Assembly (NCBI GenBank): GCA_963809795.1
Contig: CAWELN010000009.1
Coordinates: forward strand, 322,994-386,993
DNA length: 64,000 nt
Direction of reading: 5' to 3'
Source: an uncultured Actinomycetes bacterium
GTDB taxonomy: Bacteria; Actinomycetota; Acidimicrobiia; IMCC26256; DASPTH01
Part shown: positions 40,172 through 49,077 of the stretch, in pieces
Position numbering within the stretch: position 1 is the stretch's first letter
Layout of the letters: every line of letters begins with the position of its first letter
The notes under the pieces: generated by a model
The model's database searches: none
What the model saw: the letters and a program-made list of their open reading frames with translations, nothing else
What the model was told of the DNA's origin: nothing
Made by a program: the position numbers and the translations under genes

Positions 40172-40942
40172 TCAGCCGTACTGCTCGGCGTAGCGCCGCT
40201 CCCAGTCGCGGTGGCGGCGCTTGGCGTCCTGGATGAACGGTGACCACCCGATCGCCTTGATCACCGCCGCGTTGACCGTGCGCATCGGCTCGCGGAGCGG
40301 GCGCACGACGTCGAGGAAGAGCACGACGCGGGTCTCGTCGGTGTCGTTCCACGCCTCGTGCTGGTAGCTGTCGTCGAACACGAGGCTGGCGCCCTCGGAC
40401 CACCCCGCGGTCTCGCCGCCCACGCGGATGCCGACCTGCTCGACCGGCGCGTCGGGCACCACCAGGCCGAGGTGGTACCGGAGCACGCCCTTGTAGGGCC
40501 CGGTGTGGGGCGGGATGCGCTTGCCGGGCGCGAGGATCGAGAACATCGCCGTCTCCATCCCGGGGATCGCCTCGATCAGCCGCGTGGTCTCCGGGCAGCG
40601 CGCGCAGTTGGCGTCGCTGCGGAACCCGTAGCCGTAGAAGAAGTAGGTCTTCCAGCGGTCGTCGTCGGTGAGGGTGTACTGGTCGGTGCTGATGTCCTGG
40701 AAGTTCGGCAACGCGTCCCGGTGCGCGAGCACCGCGTCGAGCTCGGCGCGGATCGCCTTCCAGTTCGCCTCGACCGGCGCGACCCACGCGAAGTCGGACG
40801 GCCGGTAGAACGGCTGCACCGGCAGCTTCGACTGGCGGGCGATGGCGCGGTTCACGAGCTTCAGGGCGCGGTCACCCACCCGGTTGGTGAGCTCGACGGC
40901 GCGCTCCCACGCGCGGGCTGCAGGTCTCGAGGCCTCCGGCAT
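40172..40942 (-). CDS. aspartyl/asparaginyl beta-hydroxylase family dioxygenase (LpxO/OlsC-like)
   Basis: ILAPGKRIPPHTGPYKGVLRYHLGL...VFDDSYQHEAWN pattern. The MPEASRP start was chosen to avoid overlap with the divergent gene. Confidence 0.75.
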   Translation of the reverse strand: MPEASRPAARAWERAVELTNRVGDRALKLVNRAIARQSKLPVQPFYRPSDFAWVAPVEANWKAIRAELDAVLAHRDALPNFQDISTDQYTLTDDDRWKTYFFYGYGFRSDANCARCPETTRLIEAIPGMETAMFSILAPGKRIPPHTGPYKGVLRYHLGLVVPDAPVEQVGIRVGGETAGWSEGASLVFDDSYQHEAWNDTDETRVVLFLDVVRPLREPMRTVNAAVIKAIGWSPFIQDAKRRHRDWERRYAEQYG

Positions 40943-40997
40943 CGACGCGCGAGCGTAGTTGTGCGTGACCGCGGGCGGATGGGCGAGACTCGGGGCC

Positions 40998-41930
40998 ATG
41001 CGCTTCCGGATCTTCACCGAGCCCCAGGAAGGGGCGACCTACGACGACCAGCTCGCGGTCGCCCGTCTCGCGGAGGAGCTCGGCTTCGACGCCTACTTCC
41101 GCTCCGACCACTACATCAGCTTCTTCGCCGACGACGGCCGACCCGGCCCCACCGATGCGTGGACCACGCTCGCCGCGCTGGCGCGTGACACCACCCGGCT
41201 GCGGCTCGGGACGCTCGTCTCGCCGGTGACCTTCCGCCTGCCCGGTCCGCTGGCGATCGCGGTCGCCCAGGTCGACGCCATGAGCGGCGGCCGGGTCGAG
41301 CTCGGGCTCGGTGCGGGATGGAACGACCGGGAGCACGCGGCCTACGGCATCCCGTTCCCGCCCACCAAGGAGCGCTTCGACCGGCTCGAGGAGCAGCTCG
41401 CGGTCATCACCGGGCTCTGGGCCACACCCGAGGGCGAGCGGTTCTCGTTCGCCGGCACCCACTACTCGCTCGACGACTCGCCCGCGCTGCCCAAGCCGGT
41501 GCAGCGGCCGGGCCCGCCGGTCGTGATGGGCGGGTTCGGCACGACGCGCACGCCGAACCTGGCCGCCCGCTACGCGAACGAGTTCAACGTCGCCTTCGCT
41601 CCACCGGAGCAGTTCCCCGAGCTCGTCGCCCGCGTCCGCGCCGCGTGCGACGCGATCGGGCGTGACCCGGCGACGCTGCCCGCCAGCATCGCCAACACCA
41701 TCATCTGCGGCACCGACGAGGCCGAAGTCGCCCGGCGCGCCGCGGCCATCGGGCGCGACGTGGCCACCGCCCGTGCCGTCCACTTGGCGGGAACGCCGAC
41801 CGAGGTGATCGACCGGATCGGCGTGTACCGCGACGCGGGGGCCGAGACCGTCTACTTCCAGGTGCTCGACCTGCACGACCTCGACCACCTGCGGCTGCTC
41901 GCGGCCGAGGTGGTCCCCGCGTTCAGCTGA
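40998..41930 (+). CDS. LLM-class (luciferase-like) F420-dependent oxidoreductase
   Basis: MRFRIFTEPQEGATYDD...GFDAYFRSDHY...GRVELGLGAGW. 310 aa. Confidence 0.85.
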   Translation: MRFRIFTEPQEGATYDDQLAVARLAEELGFDAYFRSDHYISFFADDGRPGPTDAWTTLAALARDTTRLRLGTLVSPVTFRLPGPLAIAVAQVDAMSGGRVELGLGAGWNDREHAAYGIPFPPTKERFDRLEEQLAVITGLWATPEGERFSFAGTHYSLDDSPALPKPVQRPGPPVVMGGFGTTRTPNLAARYANEFNVAFAPPEQFPELVARVRAACDAIGRDPATLPASIANTIICGTDEAEVARRAAAIGRDVATARAVHLAGTPTEVIDRIGVYRDAGAETVYFQVLDLHDLDHLRLLAAEVVPAFS

Positions 41931-42492
41931 CGTCGACCACCTCGTTGAACGCGTGGAGGGTCGGGCCCCATGGCCCGATGACGACGCGCGCGACCGACGC
42001 CACCTGCACGAACAGGTGCCAGGTGACCTCGTCGCCCACCGACAGCGCCCACGCCAGCGCCGCCTTGATCGGGGACACGTGGCTCACGACGATCACGTCG
42101 CGCGAGCGCGCCTCTTCGAGCAGCCCCTCGCACGCCTCCCGCACCCGGAGGCCGAGGGTGGCGATCGACTCGCCCCCGCCGGGCACGTAGTGCGGATCGG
42201 CCCGCCACGCCTTCCAGACGTCGGCGGGTACCTCCGCCACCGACCGGCCGTCGAAGCTGCCGTAGTCGAGCTCGATCCAGCGTTCGTCGGCCTCGACCGG
42301 ACGCCCGAACGCACGGGCGGTCTCCATCGTCCGGGTCAACGGGCTGGCGATCACCCGCGCGTCCTCGGGGACGCGCGTCGCCAGCGCAGCCGCTTGGCGC
42401 TGCCCGAGCGCGGAGAGCGGCGGATCGGCCCGCCCGAGCAGCAGGCCGCGCGCGTTCGCATCGGTCTGGCCGTGACGCACGAGGACGAGCAC
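41923..42492 (-). CDS. histidine phosphatase (phosphoglycerate-mutase-like) family protein
   Basis: The VLVLVRHGQTDAN (RHG) motif lies right at the GTG start. ...SHVSPIKA. 189 aa. Confidence 0.8.
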   Translation of the reverse strand: MLVLVRHGQTDANARGLLLGRADPPLSALGQRQAAALATRVPEDARVIASPLTRTMETARAFGRPVEADERWIELDYGSFDGRSVAEVPADVWKAWRADPHYVPGGGESIATLGLRVREACEGLLEEARSRDVIVVSHVSPIKAALAWALSVGDEVTWHLFVQVASVARVVIGPWGPTLHAFNEVVDVS

Positions 42493-42558
42493 CGGGCGAC
42501 CATAACCGCAGGCCCGCGCCCGGCGATGGGGCGACGCCCACGTGCACGCCGTCGCTCC

Positions 42559-42564
42559 TACCCT
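42559..42564 (+). promoter_or_regulatory. -10-like TACCCT, 6 nt upstream of GTG 42571 (leaderless-type)
   Basis: TANNNT followed by gccctc and then GTG. This supports the GTG start, which yields a clean signal peptide. Confidence 0.35.
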
Positions 42565-42570
42565 GCCCTC

Positions 42571-43281
42571 GTGTCCCGGCGCCGCACCACGCCGCTCCTC
42601 GTGATCGCGGTCGTCGCGGTCGTGCTCCTCGCCGGCGGTGCCGTGCCGGCCGCGGCGGGCACGCGCCACGCGCCACCGCGGCCCGACCCGGTGCTCCTGG
42701 TCCACGGCTTCGGGGGCTCGGCCTCGGACTGGGGCGCGATGACCCGCGTCCTGCGCGACCACGGCTACCAGCCGGCGGAGATCGACGCCATCGACTACGA
42801 CCGCGACGCCTCCAACGTGGCGGTCGCGCAGCGCATCGCCCGCGAGGCGGCGGCACTGCGGGCCCGCACCGGCGCGTCGAGGATCGACGTCGTCAGCCAC
42901 TCGATGGGTGCGATCTCGTCGCGCTACTACCTCGAGCGCCTCGGTGGCGCCGCGCACGTCGACGCGTGGGTGTCGCTCGCGGGCGTGAACGAGGGCACGG
43001 TGTGGGCGTACGGCTGCTATCTGCTCGCACCGTGCCGGGAGATGGTCCCGACGTCGTCGGTGCTGCAGCGCCTGAACGACTCGTTCCACCCCACCGCCAC
43101 CACCCGGTACGGCGCGTGGTGGTCACCGTGCGACGACGCCATCGTGCCGCGGGTCAACGCCGAGCTTCCGGGCGCGCACAACGTGGAGACCGCGTGCCTG
43201 GGCCACTCGGCGTTGAAGTCGGACCCGGTCGTGCTCGGTCAGGTCGCCCGCTTCCTGGCCCGGCCGACGCTCGGCACCTGA
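42571..43281 (+). CDS. secreted lipase/esterase (class 2 lipase-like alpha/beta hydrolase)
   Basis: Signal peptide SRRRTTPLLVIAVVAVVLLAGGAVPAAAG, then LVHGFGGS and the nucleophile elbow SHSMG. Confidence 0.8.
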   Translation: MSRRRTTPLLVIAVVAVVLLAGGAVPAAAGTRHAPPRPDPVLLVHGFGGSASDWGAMTRVLRDHGYQPAEIDAIDYDRDASNVAVAQRIAREAAALRARTGASRIDVVSHSMGAISSRYYLERLGGAAHVDAWVSLAGVNEGTVWAYGCYLLAPCREMVPTSSVLQRLNDSFHPTATTRYGAWWSPCDDAIVPRVNAELPGAHNVETACLGHSALKSDPVVLGQVARFLARPTLGT

Positions 43282-43344
43282 ACGCGACGCCTCGGAGCCC
43301 GCTCGCGTTACATCCGCGTCGAAAAATCGGGTAAGCAGACGCCC

Positions 43345-44820
43345 ATGGAAAACGCTGACCCCGCGCGGGCCCTCGCCGCGGCCGCCGTCCCCGACCTCGC
43401 GACCGCGAAGGCCGCCGGTGCCGGTGAAGGCCTGACCGATGCCCGTGCCGTCGACGGCGGCACCATCGTCGACCTCGTGGGCGCCTCCGGACTCCGCGGT
43501 CGTGGCGGCGCCGGCTTCCCCGTGGGCCGGAAGTGGCAGACCGTCATCTCGAACACGTCGCCGGTGATGCGGCCCACGGTCGTGGTCAACGCCGCCGAGG
43601 GCGAACCCGGCTGCCTCAAGGACCGTGAGATCCTCCTGCGCGACCCGTACCGGGTGCTCGAGGGTGCGCTCATCGCCGCCCACGCGGTCGGCGCCGACTC
43701 CGTGATCATCGCCACCAAGGCGGCGTTCACCGGCGTGGTGCGCCGCCTCGAGGCCGCCATCGCCGAGATCGACGCCGAGGGCTGGACGTCGACGGTGCCG
43801 GTCTCGGTGGTCACCGGTCCCGAGGAGTACCTCTTCGGGGAGGAGACCGCGCTGCTCGAGGTCATCGACGGCCGTCCGCCGTTCCCGCGCATCGCGCCGC
43901 CGTACCGGGAAGGCGTCGACGAGATGTTCGAGCATGCCGACGACGTCGACACCGGCAGCCGCTCCGCCGCGCACGTCGAGATGGCAGGCCCGGGCGCCGA
44001 GTCGATCGCGCCGCCGACGCTGGCCGGCAACGTCGAGACGTTCGCCAACGTGCCCGGCATCGTGCGCTTCGGCGCCGACTGGTTCCGGGAGCTCGGCACC
44101 GACGCGTCGCCGGGCACGGTCGTGTGCACGGTGACCGGCGACACCGTCCGCGCCGGGGTCGCCGAGGTCGAGCTCGGGACGCCGTTGCGCGAGGTCATCG
44201 AACGCATCGGTGGTGGGGCGCGGCCCGGCCACGAGATCGTCGCGGTCATGTCGGGGGTGGCGAACCCGCTGCTGCCGGCTGCCGCGCTCGACACGCCGAT
44301 GACCTACGAGGACCTGCGCGCCGCGGGTGGCGGGCTCGGCGCCGCCGGGTTCATCGTCTTCGACGACACGACCGACCTGGTCGCGGTCGCCGCCGGCGTG
44401 GCCCGCTTCCTCGCGGTCGAGTCGTGCGGGCAGTGCCGCCACTGCAAGGACGACGGGCTGCTGCTCGCCCAGCTCCTGGCCAAGCTGGCGGCATCGGACG
44501 CCACCGAGCGCGACCTCGACGAGATCGGCCGTCGCCTCGACCTCGTCGCCGAAGGTGCGCGGTGCAACCTGGCGACGCAGCAACAGGTCGTGATCGGCAG
44601 CGTGCTGCAGAGCTTCCCCGCCGCGGTCAGTGCCCACGTGGGTGCGGACGACGACGGCCGCGAGCCGGTGTTCGTCGCCGAGCTCGCCGGGATCGTCGAC
44701 GGCCGGGCGGTGATGCAGGAGGCGCAGCGCACGAAGCAGCCCGACTGGACGCACGACCCGGTCGACTCCGGCCAGTGGCCCGCCGACCGACTCGACGACC
44801 CCCGCGAGGCCGTCGAGTGA
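43345..44820 (+). CDS. NuoF-like NAD(H)/FMN/4Fe-4S flavoprotein with no other nuo genes nearby
   Basis: GLRGRGGAGFPVGRKW, EGEPG and ESCGQCRHCKDDG motifs. 491 aa. Confidence 0.8.
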   Translation: MENADPARALAAAAVPDLATAKAAGAGEGLTDARAVDGGTIVDLVGASGLRGRGGAGFPVGRKWQTVISNTSPVMRPTVVVNAAEGEPGCLKDREILLRDPYRVLEGALIAAHAVGADSVIIATKAAFTGVVRRLEAAIAEIDAEGWTSTVPVSVVTGPEEYLFGEETALLEVIDGRPPFPRIAPPYREGVDEMFEHADDVDTGSRSAAHVEMAGPGAESIAPPTLAGNVETFANVPGIVRFGADWFRELGTDASPGTVVCTVTGDTVRAGVAEVELGTPLREVIERIGGGARPGHEIVAVMSGVANPLLPAAALDTPMTYEDLRAAGGGLGAAGFIVFDDTTDLVAVAAGVARFLAVESCGQCRHCKDDGLLLAQLLAKLAASDATERDLDEIGRRLDLVAEGARCNLATQQQVVIGSVLQSFPAAVSAHVGADDDGREPVFVAELAGIVDGRAVMQEAQRTKQPDWTHDPVDSGQWPADRLDDPREAVE

Positions 44821-44854
44821 CGATCCGATCCGCAACCCCGAGACAGGAGCCCTG

Positions 44855-45109
44855 ATGCCCGAGGAACCGTCACCCGAGGAGCCGTTCCCGGAGGACCCGG
44901 CCGACGCCGGGGTGCAGGAGAAGATCCCCGACCTGGGCAACATCGAGGGCGCCCGCCTGCTCGGCAACGACGCCCGGCGGCGCCTCCACGCCGACGGCTT
45001 CGACGACGAGCAGATCGACGCCTGGGCCGAGACGTTCATCGCCGAGGTCGGGTCGGGCGATGTCGACGAGTTCGTGGCGTGGATCGCCCGGCGCGAGGAC
45101 CGAGGCTGA
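44855..45109 (+). CDS. small acidic hypothetical protein (84 aa)
   Basis: AGGAG 7 nt upstream of the ATG. Lies 34 nt downstream of the NuoF-like gene. High GC3. Confidence 0.5.
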   Translation: MPEEPSPEEPFPEDPADAGVQEKIPDLGNIEGARLLGNDARRRLHADGFDDEQIDAWAETFIAEVGSGDVDEFVAWIARREDRG

Positions 45110-45130
45110 TCCGTCGACGGGCGGCACCTC

Positions 45131-45246
45131 GGCCCGACCCTGTCGCGGCTCTGGGAACGACAGGATCGGGCCAGGGTGGCTCAGGGTGCGGGCTGATCGT
45201 GCGTCGGGATCACCGCGCACCCCGCCGGAGCCCGAAGGCGGCTCCG
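45131..45246. other. three consecutive stable hairpins in a 340-nt convergent spacer (candidate structured RNA or terminators)
   Basis: H1 45131-45172: GGCCCGA-c-CCTGTCG / CGACAGG-a-TCGGGCC. H2 45184-45222: GGGTGCG/CGCACCC with inner TGATC/GATCA. H3 45226-45246: CGGAGCC/GGCTCCG. Confidence 0.4.
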
Positions 45247-45450
45247 CCGTTGGACGCCGGGCCCCCCGGAACCAATCCTCCCGAGCCGCGGTCCACTCTC
45301 GACGGGGGGGATCGTCAAGTGGGCCGGCCGGGAGCCGGGGGTCGGGCGGGCGTCCATGTCCTGCATCCTGACGGACGGGCCTGAGAGCCCGGTGAGAGCG
45401 CACCGCCAGCTGCCCGATTTCCGTCGCATCGTTCGACCGCGCCGCGTCGG

Positions 45451-46952
45451 TCAGAGCTCGTGCCGGAGCACCTTGCCCAACGCGTTGCGGGGCAGCGCGT
45501 CGACGAAGCGCACGCGCCGCGGCTGCTTGTACGGCGCGAGGTCACGCGCCGCGTGCGCGAGCAGCTCGGCCTCCGACGGTGGCTCGCCCGTGGCGACGAC
45601 CACCGCCACCACCACCTCACCCCACTCGTCGGACGGCTCCCCCACCACCGCGACCTCGGCAACCGCGGGGTGCGCGAGGAGGACGTCCTCGACCTCGCGC
45701 GGGTACACGTTGAAGCCACCGGAGATGATGAGCTCCTTGGCTCGCCCGACGATGCTGAGGTACCCGTCGGCGTCGAGCTCGCCGACGTCGCCGCTGCGGA
45801 ACCAGCCGTCGGTGAACGCGGCGCGCGTCGCGGCTTCGCGGCGCCAGTAGCCGGGGAACACGTTCGGCCCGCGGAGCAGGATCTCTCCCGCGTCGTCGCC
45901 GTCCTCGCCGGTGTCGAGGCGCACGTCCACACCGGGCAGCGGGAAGCCGACGGTCCCGGGGCGCCGCTCGCCGTCGTAGGGATTGGAGACGTTCATGATC
46001 GTCTCGGTCATGCCGTAGCGCTCCAGCACGCGCACGCCCGCGCGCGTCGCCAGCTGCTCGTGCAGCGATGCGGGCAGCGGCGCCGAGCCGGAGACGCAGA
46101 GGCGGAGCGCGGCGAGCTCGACGGCGCGCGGCGACGCCGCCAGGCGTGCGTACATGGTCGGCACGCCGAAGAAGAGGGTCGCGTCGTGCACGCGCGCCGC
46201 GTCGAGCACCGCGTCGGCGTCGAACCGCGGGAGCAGCACCGCGGAGCCGCCGCAGAGCAGGGTGCCGTGCAGCCCGACGCCGAGGCCGTGGACGTGGAAC
46301 AGCGGGAGCGCCAGCACCAGGCGATCGTGCTCGTCCCAACGCCAGGCCAGCCGCAGCGCCTCGCAGCTCGCCAGCGTGTTGCCGTGGGTGAGCATGGCGC
46401 CCTTCGGCGCGCCGGTGGTGCCCGACGTGTAGCAGAGGAGCGCCAGGTCGTCGGGTCCGCACGCGTCGAGCTCGGGCTCGGGCCCGTCGGCCAGGGCCGA
46501 CACGGCCGGATCGACGACGAGCACGGGGCCGGGCGCGAGCTCGTGCACGGTCGCACCCCGGGCCTCGGAGTCGACGACCGCGGCGGCCGGCTCGCAGTCG
46601 GTGACGATGGCGCCGATCTCGCGGGCCCGGTACGCGCCGTTGACCGGCACGACGACGAGCCCCATCCGCAGCGCGGCGACGTGCGCGACCACGAGGTCGT
46701 ACGACGTCGCCGCGCTCATCACCACCCGGTCCCCCGGGCCGAGGCCGGCGCGGCGAAGCGGCCCGCGGTCGCCCGCGACCTGCGGTCGAGGTCACCTGCG
46801 GTGTGCCAGCGGCCCCCGTCGTGCACGATGGGACGCTCGGGCGCGGCCGCGAAGCCGCGGCCCCACGCCGCGGGCAGGCTGCGGCGGGCGAGGAGGTCGA
46901 CGGACGCCGGGTCGACCCCGGGCGGGAGGTGGCGCGCCCAGGCCGGGTCCAT
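45451..46952 (-). pseudogene. AMP-dependent acyl-CoA synthetase with a 1-nt deletion near 46744-46750
   Basis: The body is ORF 45451..46725 (YTSGTTGAPKG, GYWRR, LIISGGFNVYPREVE). The N-terminus is ORF ending at 46952 (MDPAWARHLPPG...). Length is 3n+2, and the junction reads ...AGRFAA?GLGPGDRVVMS. Confidence 0.85.
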
Positions 46953-46989
46953 CGAGGCGAGGCTACCGGGACCGGTGCGGGCCGCGGCT

Positions 46990-46995
46990 TAGGCT
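46990..46995 (+). promoter_or_regulatory. -10-like TAGGCT, 7 nt upstream of ATG 47003 (leaderless-type)
   Basis: TANNNT followed by gccgcgc and then ATG. Confidence 0.4.
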
Positions 46996-47002
46996 GCCGC
47001 GC

Positions 47003-47670
47003 ATGGCGGGCGAGCACGACCGGTCCCCGGCGGGGCTGGTCCCCTTCTGGGCGCACCAGCTCGCCGAGATGCTCCTCGGTGGCCTGCTGCTCGTGGAAGG
47101 TGCGCGCACCGGGGAGCACACCGCCGTCCTCGTCGGGATGGGCAGCCTGCTGCTGCTCCTGGCGCTGATGAGCGACGGCGCGCTCGGGGCCTGGCCCTGG
47201 ATCGGCCGCCGCCTCCACCGGGTGCTCGACCTCGTCGCCGCCGCGGCGCTGGCGGTCAGCCCGCTGGTGCTGTCCCTCGACGCCGTCCTCCCCGTCGTGA
47301 TCCTCGAGGTGGCCGCGCTCGGCATGCTCTGGCTGGCGCTCCGCACCAATTGGACGGTCCGCGCCCGCCGCTCCGCCCGCACCCGTCCGGCCGCACCCCG
47401 GCCGCTCCCCCGGCCCCCGCGCCCGCGCCCACACCGGGCTCTCCCGCGCCGTCCTCACCTGCGCCGTCCTCACCCGCACCGCCGCTCGCCCGCAAGCTGG
47501 GGACGGTGGCGGGCAAGGCCCGCGACGACGGCCCCCGCCAACTCGGGCGCGCCGTGGGCCGCATCCGCCGGGCGGCGCGAGGCTCCGGTGGGCCCGCAGC
47601 ACCGCCCCCGGCAACGGACCCGCCGCCCGGTGCCCCGCCGGACGCGCCACCGCCCGCCGACGCCGGCTGA
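47003..47670 (+). pseudogene. membrane protein with a Pro/Ala-rich tail; apparent 1-nt deletion around 47350-47400
   Basis: The TM-rich N-terminus (LVPFWAHQLAEMLLGGLLLVEG...) is in the frame of 47003. The coding-looking tail (ARKLGTVAGKARDDGPRQLGRAVGRIRRAARG...) is in the frame of 47350. Length is 3n+2. Confidence 0.5.
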
Positions 47671-47748
47671 GGCCGCGGCGCTGCGGCTCCTGGTGGCGGT
47701 GGGGCTCGTGTGGACAGCGGGGGTGGGTGGCTCCGTAAGCTGATCCGG

Positions 47749-48957
47749 ATGACGCGGGGCCTCCGGGGGCGACGAATCGGTGCGGGGCTCGCGCTCGCGC
47801 TGTTCGTGGGCACGGCCGCCGGCGCGGTCTGGTCCGCGACCCCGGTACCGGTGGCGAGCGCGCAGCAGGACCTCATCGACTCCGACCCGGCGGTCGTGAA
47901 GGCGCGCGCCGACCTCGAGGCGGCGCAGCTGGCTGCGCACGAAGCCGAGGCGAAGCTCGAGGCCACCACCGAGCAGAAGGCGCAGGTGGAGGCCGACATC
48001 GTCCAGCACCAGCAGCGCATCGCCGAGCTCGACCAGCAGCGCGCCGCGCTCGCGCAGCTCCGCGACACCCTCCTCGACCACCTGCGCAAGCGCGCGGTCG
48101 CGCTGTACGCGACCGGCGGCGACGGCGCCGGCGCGGTCGACATCTTCTCCGGCAGCGTGCTCGACGGCGCCCGGCGCAAGCAGCTCGGCGACGCCGCGGC
48201 GCGCATCGACCACGACAACGCCAAGAAGTTGGAGGCGGCGCGCGCGCAGCTCGGGCAGGCGCAGGACACGCTGCGCACGGAGCAGGACGACCTCCAACAC
48301 CAGCAGGCCTCGCTCGAGGGCCTCCTCACCGACCTGCAACAGCAGCAGGCCGCGGTCGACCAGCGCGTCGCCGCGGCCAATGCCGCGCTGGAGCGGGCCC
48401 GGGCGATCGGCGCGCTGCACGCGGCGAACGACCCGATCATCGGTCCGAACACGCTCACCGCCGACCAGATGCTGGGGTGGTTCGACGCGCAGGGCTACCG
48501 GCCTCGCCTCGCCGACACCAGCGTGGCCGAGCTGGCGCAGATCTACCTGGAGGAGGGCGCCGCCGAAGGGGTGCGGGGCGACTTCGCCTTCGCCCAGGCG
48601 ATCGTCGAGACGGGCGGGTTCTCGGCCGCGCGCGACCACAACTACTCGGGGCTCGGCTGGTGCGACACCTGCGCCCGCGGCACCGTGTTCCCGACGCCCC
48701 GCGACGGCATCCGCGCCCAGATCCAGCTGCTGCTCAACTACGCCGACGCCGGCTCGCGGTCGGCCAACCTGCACAACCCGCCGTCGCCGTACTGGTGGGG
48801 TCCGAACGCCGCCGACGCGTTCGACCACTACTTCGCCAAGGGCTGGGCGCCCACCTGGCGCGACATGGGCCACGGCAACTGGGCCACCGACCCCAACTAC
48901 GCCGGCAAGGTCATCGGGGTCTACGACGCGATGGTGAAGTTCTCCCAGGGCGGGTGA
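47749..48957 (+). CDS. secreted coiled-coil protein with a C-terminal glucosaminidase-like peptidoglycan hydrolase domain
   Basis: Signal peptide, then a long Q/A/E-rich coiled coil, then FAFAQAIVETGGF...NYSGLG and YAGKV in the tail. Confidence 0.7.
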   Translation: MTRGLRGRRIGAGLALALFVGTAAGAVWSATPVPVASAQQDLIDSDPAVVKARADLEAAQLAAHEAEAKLEATTEQKAQVEADIVQHQQRIAELDQQRAALAQLRDTLLDHLRKRAVALYATGGDGAGAVDIFSGSVLDGARRKQLGDAAARIDHDNAKKLEAARAQLGQAQDTLRTEQDDLQHQQASLEGLLTDLQQQQAAVDQRVAAANAALERARAIGALHAANDPIIGPNTLTADQMLGWFDAQGYRPRLADTSVAELAQIYLEEGAAEGVRGDFAFAQAIVETGGFSAARDHNYSGLGWCDTCARGTVFPTPRDGIRAQIQLLLNYADAGSRSANLHNPPSPYWWGPNAADAFDHYFAKGWAPTWRDMGHGNWATDPNYAGKVIGVYDAMVKFSQGG

Positions 48958-49077
48958 GATGCAGCGGAGCCGTGCCCGGAGGGCGGGACGGCGCAGCGGA
49001 ATCGACCGTTGAACAGGAGATGCCGCGGAGCCGTGCCCGGAGGGCGGGACGGCGGCGCGGAATCGACCATCGAGTCA
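48956..49077. repeat. imperfect 61-bp tandem repeat x2 in a convergent spacer
   Basis: gagatgcagcggagccgtgcccggagggcgggacggcgcagcggaatcgacc versus gagatgccgcggagccgtgcccggagggcgggacggcggcgcggaatcgacc. 49 of 52 positions are identical, then the copies diverge. Confidence 0.8.

Noticed and set aside
45110-45450. Known housekeeping RNA (SRP/4.5S, RNase P, tmRNA) in the long spacer
   Set aside because: I could not find the GGAAG..AGCA SRP domain IV motif, the GAGGAAAGUCC P4 motif of RNase P, or a tmRNA tag with a tRNA-like UCCACCA end on either strand. I kept it only as an unclassified structured region.
47671-47748. ydaO/cyclic-di-AMP-type riboswitch upstream of the peptidoglycan hydrolase gene
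   Set aside because: The spacer is only 78 nt. I see no recognisable conserved core, and the upstream sequence is the coding tail of the preceding gene.
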